Origin: an uncultured Gemmataceae bacterium
GTDB taxonomy: Bacteria > Planctomycetota > Planctomycetia > Gemmatales > Gemmataceae
Direction of reading: 5' to 3'
Length of the DNA: 64,000 nt
Assembly (NCBI GenBank): GCA_963750165.1
Contig: CAVVPN010000001.1
Coordinates: forward strand, 256,001 to 320,000
Positions 54,073-64,000 of the stretch are shown piece after piece (within the stretch, counting starts at the first letter, position 1; every line of letters starts with the position of its first letter). Both the position numbers and the translations under genes were made by a program. Below the pieces are notes generated by a model that worked only from the letters and a program-made list of their open reading frames with translations, did no database searches and was not told the DNA's origin.

Positions 54073-54077
54073 GATAA

Positions 54078-54435
54078 TCAAAGACGGCAATGTGCTGCTG
54101 GCGATGAAGCGCCAGGATTTTGAGCGGCGGGCGCAGGACGCTCCCAACCTCGACTGGCTCACCAGCAAGACCGTCGGCGTGCTGTCGGTCGGGCTCCCGC
54201 GGCCCTCCTTTGCGGCACCCGAGACGATGCAGGAAGTGCCCGTGGCGACCTATCACGTCATGATCCAGGACGGCAAGCTGAGCGTGGAAGTGGAGAACGA
54301 CCCCGGGCGGCGCCACCGGCGGGCTTGCTGCCGACCTGGGTGGTGGGGCTGGTGGCGTCCGTGGCCATCGCGTGGCTGGGCATCTGGTTCGTCCGCCGCC
54401 GCTCCGCCACGCCTCGGGTGAAGGAACTGTCGTGA
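54078..54435 (+). pseudogene. 5'-truncated paralog of the C-terminally anchored secreted proteins
   Basis: LLAMKRQDFERRAQ..LDWLT..; after a frameshift near 54303 it reads GLLPTWVVGLVASVAIAWLGIWFVRRR. Confidence 0.75.
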
Positions 54436-54545
54436 CGCCGCGCCGCGCTGCAATCATCTTCCATCCCGATCGCTTTTCGCTTGCATGTCCCAGCCACGCC
54501 GCCTAAACTCCTGGGGATTCTTCAACCACAAGAAGGAGACGAGCC

Positions 54546-55169
54546 ATGAGCCGAAGGCTGGCGTTCGCGGTGGCTGTCAGTCTGGTGGTGGTTGCCGCCG
54601 TGTCAGGGAATGCAGGGCCGGCGCGCTTGCCGAAAGACCACAAGCGCATCGATCCGCCCGTGCGCTTCGAGGGCATCGAAAAACACTCGGAATACGTCTT
54701 TCACGTGCAGTGCGGTGGAGCTTACCTGAGCTATCGAACGTTCCAGGTCAAGGACGCGAAATCGTTCCCACTCGATTTCCCAAACTTCAAAGACCGCGCC
54801 CCAACCATCAGTTACATGGTGTTGCTGGCGATGAAGCGCCAGGACTTTGAAAAGCGGGCGAAGGCCGATCCCAAGCTCGAATGGCTCACCGAGAAGACCG
54901 AAGGCGTACTGTCGGTCAAACTCGCTCCGCCTTCCCTGGTGGCTCCGGTCACGGTGAAGGAAATCCCCGTGACGACCTACCGCGTCACCATCAAGGACGG
55001 CAAGCTGACCGCTGAAAAAGTGGCCGGCGCCAAGAGCAGCGCGGCGCCGCCGGCGAGCCTGCTACCGAACTGGGCGTTCGGACTGGTGGGTTCCGCGTCG
55101 GTTGCGTGGCTGGGCCTCTGGTTCGTCCGCCGCCGGCCCGCCACGCCTCCGCCGCAGGAGCCGGCCTGA
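54546..55169 (+). CDS. Secreted protein with C-terminal TM + RRR anchor
   Basis: Signal peptide; ends WAFGLVGSASVAWLGLWFVRRRP. Confidence 0.85.
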   Translation: MSRRLAFAVAVSLVVVAAVSGNAGPARLPKDHKRIDPPVRFEGIEKHSEYVFHVQCGGAYLSYRTFQVKDAKSFPLDFPNFKDRAPTISYMVLLAMKRQDFEKRAKADPKLEWLTEKTEGVLSVKLAPPSLVAPVTVKEIPVTTYRVTIKDGKLTAEKVAGAKSSAAPPASLLPNWAFGLVGSASVAWLGLWFVRRRPATPPPQEPA

Positions 55170-55248
55170 CACCGCGTTGTCCGCGGTTCGCCGCCCTGGT
55201 ATGCTTCAGGGCGGCGGCACCTTTCGCGCTTCCCCGGAGGAAGATGCC

Positions 55249-55518
55249 ATGTCGAACAATCCCACGATCCTCGAACGCAACCGGGAACTGGCGAAGCGCA
55301 TCAACGAGGAGGCGCGGCGCGACCCGCAATCGCCGTATGCCAACAAGTTCGTCGGGATCGTCGATGGCCAGGTCGTGGTGGTCGCGGACAACCCGGACGA
55401 ATTGGGGCGGCGGTTGCGGCAAATCGAACCCGACCCATGCAAATGTTATTGGGTGGAAGCGAGTCGGGATTATTCGGAAGTGCATCACATCCCTGGCCCG
55501 ATCTGGTGCTGTGCATGA
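55249..55518 (+). CDS. Small protein, DUF5678-like (copy 1)
   Basis: YANKFVGIVDGQVVVVADNPDEL; own promoter TTGTCC-N17-TATGCT (55177-55205). Confidence 0.7.
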   Translation: MSNNPTILERNRELAKRINEEARRDPQSPYANKFVGIVDGQVVVVADNPDELGRRLRQIEPDPCKCYWVEASRDYSEVHHIPGPIWCCA

Positions 55519-55568
55519 AAAGTTCAATCGCATTTGCCGTGCTGCCGACCAGTTCAGGCAGACGGAGC

Positions 55569-56174
55569 ATGATCCGATCATTACTGCTCGCGGTGGCCGC
55601 CCAGCTGTTGACGGCTGCCGCCGTGTCGGCGGACGGGGTGCCGCACGTGCCGCGGGGCATGAAGTACATCCAGCCGCACGTGCGCTTCGCGGACCTCGAC
55701 CAGTACCCCGACTATGTCTTTTTCGTGTGGAATCGCTTCCTCCATCATCCCGCGGAGGACGCGAAGGACGGTCCGCCATACCAGATCAAGGACGCCAGCG
55801 CGCTCCGCCTCTCCTGGGGAAACCGCGACCGCCACATCCTGCTGGCGATGAAGCGCCTGGACTTCGAGCGGCGGGCGCAGTACGCCCCCAAGCTCGACTG
55901 GCTCACCGACAAGACCGAGGGGGTGCAGTCGGTCGGGCTGCGAGCGCCCTCCCACCTGGCACCCGTGACGATGGCGGAAGTGCCCGTGGCGACCTATCAC
56001 ATCACCTTCCGGGACGGCCGGCTGGCCGTTGACCTGGAGGACGATGCGCGTGTGACTGGGGGCTTGCTGCCGCCCTGGGCATTCGGGTTGCTGGCGTCCG
56101 TGGCCATCGCCTGGCTGGGCCTCTGGTTCGTCCGCCGCCGTTCCGCCGCGCCGCAGCCGAGGGAACTGACATGA
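55569..56174 (+). CDS. Secreted protein with C-terminal TM + RRR anchor (paralog)
   Basis: Signal peptide; ends WAFGLLASVAIAWLGLWFVRRRS; ATGA overlap with the next gene. Confidence 0.85.
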   Translation: MIRSLLLAVAAQLLTAAAVSADGVPHVPRGMKYIQPHVRFADLDQYPDYVFFVWNRFLHHPAEDAKDGPPYQIKDASALRLSWGNRDRHILLAMKRLDFERRAQYAPKLDWLTDKTEGVQSVGLRAPSHLAPVTMAEVPVATYHITFRDGRLAVDLEDDARVTGGLLPPWAFGLLASVAIAWLGLWFVRRRSAAPQPRELT

Positions 56175-57190
56175 CGCCGGGCCTCGCCGTCACCGGGCCG
56201 CGTCTGGACGCGCCGGGCCAGCAGTCGGCCGCGGCGCGGGCGTTCGGCCTGCTGACGCTCGCCCTGGCCGGGGCCGCGGCGCTGCTCGCCGGCTGGGCGC
56301 CACTCGGCTTCTCCATCGTCACCGTCTTCCTGTTCGCCGGCCCGCACAACTGGATCGAGGCCCGTTACTTCCTGGGCCGGCTCCCCGCCCGCTGGGGCAA
56401 GCTGCGCGGCTTCTTCGCCCTGACGTTCGCCGGCACCGTCGGCCTGACGGCCGCGTACGCCGCCCTGGTCTGGCTCGCGGCGGACTGGGACGAGACGCAC
56501 CGCCGCATCGCCCTGGCGGCCTGGAACAGCCTGCTGGTGGGCTGGGTGCTGACGCTCGCGCACCTGCGCAGCCGGCAGAACCCGCGGCGGGACTGGTCGT
56601 GGACGTGGCCGGTCGGCCTGCTGCTCGCCGGCCTTGCCTGGCTGCACCCCGAGGGCTGGGCGCTCGGCGTGGTCTTCCTGCACCCGCTGCTGGCGCTGTG
56701 GATTTTGGACCGCGAGCTGCGCCGCCGGCCGGCCTGGCTGCGGACCTACCGCCGCTGTCTGCTGGCCGTGCCGGTGCTGCTCGGGCTGCTGTGGTGGCGG
56801 CTGGCCGACGCGCCCGGGCTGCCGGGGGCCGATGCGTTCACGGTGCGCATCACCCGCCACGCGGGGGCGGACCTGCTGCCGGGCGTGTCGTCGCACCTGC
56901 TGGTGGCGACGCACACGTTTCTGGAAATGCTGCACTACGGTGTCTGGCTGGCGGCGGTGCCGGTGGTGGCGCTGGGCGCGGCGCCGTGGAACCTCGGCCG
57001 GGTGCCGCTGGCGCGCCGCTCCGGCCGCTGGGCGGTGGCGGTGGCCGGCGTGCTGGCCCTCGGCGCCGCCGCGGTCGTGGCGCTGTGGTGCGGCTTCCTC
57101 GCCGACTACCCGCTGACACGCGACTTCTATTTCGCCGTCGCCATGCTGCACGTCCTGGCGGAAGTGCCCTTTCTGCTGCGGGCGTTGTGA
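56171..57190 (+). CDS. Polytopic membrane protein with His/Glu motifs
   Basis: Many TMs; FAGPHNWIEARY, FLHPL, THTFLEMLHY, MLHVLAEVP. Confidence 0.8.
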   Translation: MTPGLAVTGPRLDAPGQQSAAARAFGLLTLALAGAAALLAGWAPLGFSIVTVFLFAGPHNWIEARYFLGRLPARWGKLRGFFALTFAGTVGLTAAYAALVWLAADWDETHRRIALAAWNSLLVGWVLTLAHLRSRQNPRRDWSWTWPVGLLLAGLAWLHPEGWALGVVFLHPLLALWILDRELRRRPAWLRTYRRCLLAVPVLLGLLWWRLADAPGLPGADAFTVRITRHAGADLLPGVSSHLLVATHTFLEMLHYGVWLAAVPVVALGAAPWNLGRVPLARRSGRWAVAVAGVLALGAAAVVALWCGFLADYPLTRDFYFAVAMLHVLAEVPFLLRAL

Positions 57191-57220
57191 GGGCGCCGCC
57201 GGCGGCGCGGGGATGCGGAC

Positions 57221-57601
57221 ATGCCCTGGATATTCTTGCTGATCGGTTACTGCGTCACGGTCGCGGTCGAGACGCCGGTGCTGCTGGTCGGACTGGCGCC
57301 GGTCCACCCGCGGCGCCGCCGGCTGTTCGCGGGGCTGTGGCTGACCGCCTGCACCTATCCAGTGTTCATCCTGACGCTGCCCGAGCTGTTCCACTTTCGC
57401 TCCTCGTACCTCATCGTCGGCGAAACGCTGGTGACGCTGGCCGAGTGTGCGCTGTTCCTGGCGGCGTTCGGCCGGCACGAGCGCGGCTGCGCCGACCGGC
57501 TGCGCGATTGTGCCGCCATCGTCCTGGCGAACCTGGCGTCGTTCGGCGTCGGCGAGTGGTTGAACGCCAACGGCTGGTTCGGCTGGCTGGAAGCGGTTTA
57601 A
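57221..57601 (+). CDS. Small 4-TM protein with intramembrane Glu residues
   Basis: TVAVETP, TYP, GETLVTLAE, ANLASFGVGE. Confidence 0.8.
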   Translation: MPWIFLLIGYCVTVAVETPVLLVGLAPVHPRRRRLFAGLWLTACTYPVFILTLPELFHFRSSYLIVGETLVTLAECALFLAAFGRHERGCADRLRDCAAIVLANLASFGVGEWLNANGWFGWLEAV

Positions 57602-57704
57602 GCATCGGTAAACGTGCCGAGGTATCGATCGTTGTCCGCAGCCCGTCGCCCTGGTATGCTTCAGGGCGACGGCAGGTAAAGCGCCGTCCCGGGAGGAAGA
57701 CCTC

Positions 57705-57962
57705 ATGTCGAGCGATCCCACGGTACTTGAGCGCAACCGGGAACTGGCGATGCGGATCAACGAGGAGGCGCGGCGCGACCCGCAATCGCCGTATGCGAAC
57801 AAGTGGGTCGGCATCGCCAACGGCCAAGTCGTGGTGATCGCGGATGACCCGGATGAGGTGTCGCGGCGCCTTCGACAAATCGAGCCGGACCCGAGCAAGT
57901 GCTTCGGCGTCGAAGCGAGCCGGGATTATGACGAGGTGATCTTTATCCTGGGAGCGCTCTGA
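57705..57962 (+). CDS. Small protein, DUF5678-like (copy 2)
   Basis: Highly similar to 55249-55518; same promoter TTGTCC-N17-TATGCT (57632-57660). Confidence 0.7.
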   Translation: MSSDPTVLERNRELAMRINEEARRDPQSPYANKWVGIANGQVVVIADDPDEVSRRLRQIEPDPSKCFGVEASRDYDEVIFILGAL

Positions 57963-57995
57963 TCTTTTTTCCGACGCGATCTGACGAAACCACAC

Positions 57996-60236
57996 ATGGC
58001 AAAAAAGGCCCCTAAACCCGAGGCCGCCTACGCCGAGGCCTTGAAGCGGATTGAAGCCTGGCGTCAGCAGGGTAAGCAAGGCAACGTGCTCGATTTGCGC
58101 GGACTGGGCCTTGTCGCGCTGCCGCCGGAGGTCGGCCGCCTCACCGCCCTGACGAGGCTGAACCTCAGCAGCAACCAGTTGACTGCGCTGCCGCCGGAGG
58201 TCGGCCGCCTCACCGCCCTGACGAGGCTGAACCTCGGCGGCAACCGGCTGGCCGCGCTGCCGCCGGAGGTCGGCCGCCTCACCGCCCTGACGACGCTGTT
58301 CCTCAGCCGCAACCGGCTGGCCGCGCTGCCGCCGGAGGTCGTCCGCCTCACCGCCCTGACGGAGCTGGACCTCAGCCGCAACCGATTGGCCGCGCTGCCG
58401 CCGGAGGTCGTCCGCCTCACCGCCCTGACGGAGCTAACCCTCAGCAGCAACCAGTTGGCCGCGCTGCCGCCGGAGGTCGGCCGCCTCACCGCCCTGACGA
58501 GGCTGAACCTCGGCGGCAACCGGCTGGCCGCGCTGCCGCCGGAGGTCGGCCGCCTCACCGCCCTGACGGAGCTGAACCTCAGCCGCAACCGGCTGGCCGC
58601 GCTGCCGCCGGAGGTCGGCCGCCTCACCGCCCTGACGACGCTGTACCTTCACGACAATCCAGACCTGGGTTTGCCGGCGGAAGTGTTGGGGCCGACATGG
58701 CTAGATGTCATCTCAAAAGAAGCCAGGCCCAAGCCGCCGAGCGAGATCCTTGCCTATTACTTTCGCATCGTCGGTACGGCCGGCGAAGCTCTGGGCGAGT
58801 GCAAGCTGATCGTGGTCGGGCGTGGCGGCGTGGGAAAAACCAGTCTGGTCAAGCGCCTGAGCGGTAAACTCTACGACCCCAACGAAGCGGAGACCCACGG
58901 CATCACGATCCGGCAACTGGACTTCGACGCGCAACAGGGTCAGGTGAAGGCCCGCGTGTGGGACTTCGGCGGCCAGGTGGTGCTGCACTCGATGCACGAA
59001 TTCTTCCTCACCGCCCGCAGCCTGTACCTGCTGGTGCTGGGCGAGCGCGACGACATGCTGGAGCGCGACGCCGCCTACTGGCTGCAGCTGATCCGCAGTT
59101 ACGCCGGCGACGCGCCGGTGGTGGTGGCGCTGAACAAGAGCGCCAGCCGCCAGCGGCAGTTCGACCGCGCGACGCTGGAGAAGAATTACGGTCCCATCCT
59201 CGGCTGGGTGGCAACCGAATGCTCCGAGCCCAACGAGACGGTAGGCGGCATCGCGGAATTACGCCGGAAGTTGACCGAGGCGCTCGACAGTCCCCACATG
59301 GACAGCGTGCGTCGGAAATTCCCGAAGAAATGGCACGCCATCAAGGCCGAACTGGAGGGGATGCAGGAAAGCTACCTGGACTACGAAACCTACGAGAAGC
59401 GCTGCCGTGCCCTGGGTGAACCGGACCCGAAAGAGCAGGAGGCCCTGGCGGCGGATCTGCACGACCTGGGGGTAGCTCTGAATTACCGCCGCGACCCGCG
59501 CCTGCGCGACACCACGGTGCTGCGCCCGGACTGGCTGGCTAACGGCATCTACGCGGTGCTGCGGGCCAACGACCTGGACAAGGAACTGCCGCCGGAGTTG
59601 AACGTACCGTTGGCCCCCAAGGGGATCATTACGGCGGCGTTGCTGGAGCGCATCCATCAGAAAGCCGAACACTGGAAGATGCTGCGGGCGGCGGATTACC
59701 CCGCCGAGAAGCGCGACTTTTTGCTGCGACTGATGGACCTGTTTCACCTGAGCTATCCACTGGACGACGAGGGACTCGAGCAGCTGGTGCCAACGCTGCT
59801 GTCGCCGGAACCTCCGCCGGGGACGGACGAACCGGAAGACTCCCAGCGGGTGCGCCTGCGCTACGTGTTCTCGGTGGTGCCCGAACCGTTACTGCCGTGG
59901 TTCATCGCCCGCAGCTTCGCACTGATCCCGGACCAGCGGCACTGGCGTCGCGGGGCGATGCTGGCCTTTGCGGAGGCCCGCGCCAAGGTGTGGGCCACGC
60001 AGGATGACCGTTTCGTCTACGCCACCGTCGCCGGTCCCGAGCAGCAGCGTAAGCGCTTGCTGGCGATCATCCGCGGCACGCTGCACAAGATTTTTAGCGG
60101 ATACCGATCGCTGAAACCGGAGGAGCAATGGGAGTACAAGGGCAAGTTTGTGCCGCGCGAGACGCTGGAAGAATTCGGCGTGCTGCCGCGCCCGGAACCG
60201 GAGGACCCGCGTCTGGGTGAGGAGGTGGAGTCATGA
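57996..60236 (+). CDS. LRR-Roc-COR (Roco) GTPase
   Basis: 8 x 23-aa LRR; GRGGVGKTS, ETHGI, WDFGGQ, LNK; COR motifs LHDLG and VLRPDWL. Confidence 0.92.
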   Translation: MAKKAPKPEAAYAEALKRIEAWRQQGKQGNVLDLRGLGLVALPPEVGRLTALTRLNLSSNQLTALPPEVGRLTALTRLNLGGNRLAALPPEVGRLTALTTLFLSRNRLAALPPEVVRLTALTELDLSRNRLAALPPEVVRLTALTELTLSSNQLAALPPEVGRLTALTRLNLGGNRLAALPPEVGRLTALTELNLSRNRLAALPPEVGRLTALTTLYLHDNPDLGLPAEVLGPTWLDVISKEARPKPPSEILAYYFRIVGTAGEALGECKLIVVGRGGVGKTSLVKRLSGKLYDPNEAETHGITIRQLDFDAQQGQVKARVWDFGGQVVLHSMHEFFLTARSLYLLVLGERDDMLERDAAYWLQLIRSYAGDAPVVVALNKSASRQRQFDRATLEKNYGPILGWVATECSEPNETVGGIAELRRKLTEALDSPHMDSVRRKFPKKWHAIKAELEGMQESYLDYETYEKRCRALGEPDPKEQEALAADLHDLGVALNYRRDPRLRDTTVLRPDWLANGIYAVLRANDLDKELPPELNVPLAPKGIITAALLERIHQKAEHWKMLRAADYPAEKRDFLLRLMDLFHLSYPLDDEGLEQLVPTLLSPEPPPGTDEPEDSQRVRLRYVFSVVPEPLLPWFIARSFALIPDQRHWRRGAMLAFAEARAKVWATQDDRFVYATVAGPEQQRKRLLAIIRGTLHKIFSGYRSLKPEEQWEYKGKFVPRETLEEFGVLPRPEPEDPRLGEEVES
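58110..58661 (+). repeat. 8 x 69-bp near-identical coding tandem repeat (LRR)
   Basis: GCGCTGCCGCCGGAGGTCG(G/T)CCGCCTCACCGCCCTGACG recurs every 69 bp. Confidence 0.95.
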
Positions 60237-60784
60237 ACAAGATTCCGCGCACATCCACGCCTCGTAGCCCGGGCCGCGCCGGCCACTCGGTGAAACTGTT
60301 TATCAGTTATTCACACAGGAACAAGGTGTGGATGAAACATCTCACCCCACTGCTGGACGGCTTTCGGTATGACGACCGCCTGGCGAACCGACCTCGTCTT
60401 CAGTACCTCCACGCCTGGCACGACAAGGACCTCCCGGTGGGTAACCCCTGGGACGGCGAGATCAAGCAGGAACTGGAGGAGATGGACATCTTCGTTCCCC
60501 TGGTGAGCATTGATTTCTTCTCGTCGGGGTACATCCAGAATGTCGAACTGCCGCGCGCCAGGGAGCGTCATGCCGTGGGAGAAATTCTGGTGGTGCCGAT
60601 CCTCCTTTACTACGTGAACCTGCGGGAGAAGTGCGCATTTCTGCATGACTTTCCAGCGTATCCCGCAAATGATCGGCTGTGGAGCAAGTACCGTGATCGG
60701 CGTGAAGCGCTCGGGCTTATCGACGACGGCTTGTGGACGGCCATTGATGCGGTCCTGCAACGCAAAGCGACCGGGAAGATGTGA
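60233..60784 (+). CDS. TIR-domain protein
   Basis: LFISYSH, AWHD..L..G..W..EI..EL...DIFVPLVS..FF.S.YIQNVEL; ATGA overlap with the Roco gene. Confidence 0.9.
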   Translation: MNKIPRTSTPRSPGRAGHSVKLFISYSHRNKVWMKHLTPLLDGFRYDDRLANRPRLQYLHAWHDKDLPVGNPWDGEIKQELEEMDIFVPLVSIDFFSSGYIQNVELPRARERHAVGEILVVPILLYYVNLREKCAFLHDFPAYPANDRLWSKYRDRREALGLIDDGLWTAIDAVLQRKATGKM

Positions 60785-60844
60785 GCCTTTGTTGTGGTCC
60801 GATGACCAGGCCACAACGCGGCGGTGGCGGCGGGCGTCAATCGC

Positions 60845-61018
60845 TGCCAGTCGCTGCAAGGGGATCACCTCCCGGCCCGCGTGCGGATGAGCCCCTTGAT
60901 CCCCTTGCTCGGACTGGCAACCCCGGGCGCACGCCGGCACAGCGCGGCAGGTCCGTCCGGCAACGGTTGGCCCGTGAACCCCTTGAGCTTCTTGAACCCC
61001 TTGCCCGGACTGGCAACC
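60845..61018. repeat. REP-like direct and inverted repeat cluster
   Basis: CCCCTTGC(T/C)CGGACTGGCAACC at 60901 and 60997; imperfect inverted copy at 60845. Confidence 0.6.
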
Positions 61019-61144
61019 GCCGGCACCCCGCAGGCCCAGAAACCGTGAACAGCCGTCCCGGTGCCGCGACACCGCCTATCCAACCCCGTTCAATCCTGGT
61101 ACACTGGCGAGGTCAACGGACCCCAGGACTTCAGGAGAGGTGCG

Positions 61145-62962
<1,818 letters not shown>

Positions 62963-62978
62963 GGCTTTTCTGCCGCTG

Positions 62979-63088
62979 GCGGCTTATGCGGCAGCACCCT
63001 GGCGGTTCTTGCTTGAGACATGACCGCCGACGAGCGCGCCGACGTGGCCGCGGCTTATGCGGCAGCACCCTGGCGGTTCTTGCTTGAG
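62979..63088 (+). repeat. Perfect 39-bp direct repeat pair
   Basis: GCGGCTTATGCGGCAGCACCCTGGCGGTTCTTGCTTGAG at 62979 and 63050. Confidence 0.85.
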
Positions 63089-63143
63089 CCCGAAACCTGG
63101 GCTTCGGGCTCAGAACCTGGAGCGGTTCGCGTTTGGGTAGCGC

Positions 63144-63215
63144 ACAAGTCGTGGGACGGCTCTCCAGAGCCGTCAGCGTTCTCCCGACGGCTCTGGAGAG
63201 CCGTCCCACGACTTG
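63144..63215. repeat. REP-like long palindrome
   Basis: ACAAGTCGTGGGACGGCTCTCCAGAGCCGTC ... GACGGCTCTGGAGAGCCGTCCCACGACTTGT. Confidence 0.8.
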
Positions 63216-63269
63216 TAGTCCACGCGACTGGGAACCGCTCTAAACGGGCCGCCGCGGAAAGAAGACGCC

Positions 63270-63707
63270 TCAACTCACAGGCCACACCTGCACGCCGAAC
63301 GACTCCAGCTCAAAATCCTCGCCCTTGTCGCCCTCCCCGGGGCCGCCGCGTTCCAGGCTGATGCGCAGGAACGCCCACAGGCACGCCGGCTCACCGCCGT
63401 GGTCGTAACCGTTGGCGTCCACGTCCGCCTCCAGCAACCAGCGCCAGGCGCGGCGTTCGCTGCCCTGCTCTGCTTCCTCCTGCCAGCCCTTGAGCACACG
63501 CTCCACCGCCTGCAGCGCGGCGCGGACCACCCTGGCGTCGCTGACGGCGACGCGCACCTCGTCGCCGAGGCGTTCCAGGTTGGTTTTGGTCTGCTGCGTG
63601 ACCACCTCGAAGAGGCGATGCTCCAGCGTGGTGGCGCGCCACGGCGACCACAGGTAAAAGGAGACGCGCGGCGTCTCCAGGGTCAGGCCGTAAAACTCGA
63701 CGCGCAT
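63270..63707 (-). CDS. Hypothetical protein
   Basis: 145-aa ORF with host-like codon usage and GGAGA RBS. Confidence 0.75.
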   Translation of the reverse strand: MRVEFYGLTLETPRVSFYLWSPWRATTLEHRLFEVVTQQTKTNLERLGDEVRVAVSDARVVRAALQAVERVLKGWQEEAEQGSERRAWRWLLEADVDANGYDHGGEPACLWAFLRISLERGGPGEGDKGEDFELESFGVQVWPVS

Positions 63708-64000
63708 GCTCGGATCTCCCCGCGGGGCTGGTTGGCGGGCGATGGCTTACGACCATCGTAGCCGCTGGGGGGCCGCCTCCACAAGGGAGAGGGCGCCGCT
63801 TCGCGGAGGCACCAGTTCGCCGGGCGCCGCAGGGCCGGCAGAGGCCGAATTCGCGGCAGTTTTCGGTTGCACAAGGCGACGGCCGCCTCTACATTCCACT
63901 ACACGACCTCGCCGCGCACCGTCTGCTCCGAAGGAGTGCCCTCATGGGAGCCACCGACACCGCACTTCCGGGCGTCGCACTGCCGCACGCCGACCCCCGC

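Noticed and set aside
62979..63088. 39-bp repeats with a 32-bp spacer resembling a mini CRISPR array
   Set aside because: Only two repeats, no cas genes or leader, and spacer plus repeat read as one coding fragment (MTADERADVAAAYAAAPWRFLLE); a local duplication is more likely.

Overview
High-GC bacterial DNA, probably a planctomycete (Gemmataceae-like; inferred from gene content, not from a search). It has two parts. (1) Bases 1-44670 are the right-hand portion of an integrative, mobilizable island inserted at the 3' end of tRNA-Leu(GAG); its other end lies outside the window. It carries an integrase and excisionase-like gene, a VirD4-type coupling protein, a MobF relaxase, and a complete iteron replicon (DnaA box, 7 iterons, RepA, ParA/ParG). 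It also carries ParB-like genes, a DarB-like methylase-helicase, and a second tyrosine recombinase. A DUF499/DUF1156/SNF2 restriction-like defence operon is present, with its methylase interrupted by an IS3. There is also an apparently alphaproteobacterial cargo: a prepilin-signal FG-GAP gene with CtrA-type boxes on both sides. No mating-pair-formation genes are visible. (2) Bases 44670-64000 look chromosomal. They hold three HEAT/beta-propeller paralogs and a large DUF4175-like membrane protein. Next is an uncharacterised cluster of C-terminally anchored secreted paralogs with two membrane proteins, then an LRR-Roc-COR plus TIR gene pair, lepA, and several REP-like palindromes. The best candidates for undescribed biology are the CtrA-boxed chimeric pilin/FG-GAP cargo, the putative C-terminal sorting or modification cluster, and the Roco-TIR pair with cassette-like LRRs. 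Several 1-2 bp frameshifts in short runs look like long-read errors. All family assignments come from motif recognition by eye; no database search was run.
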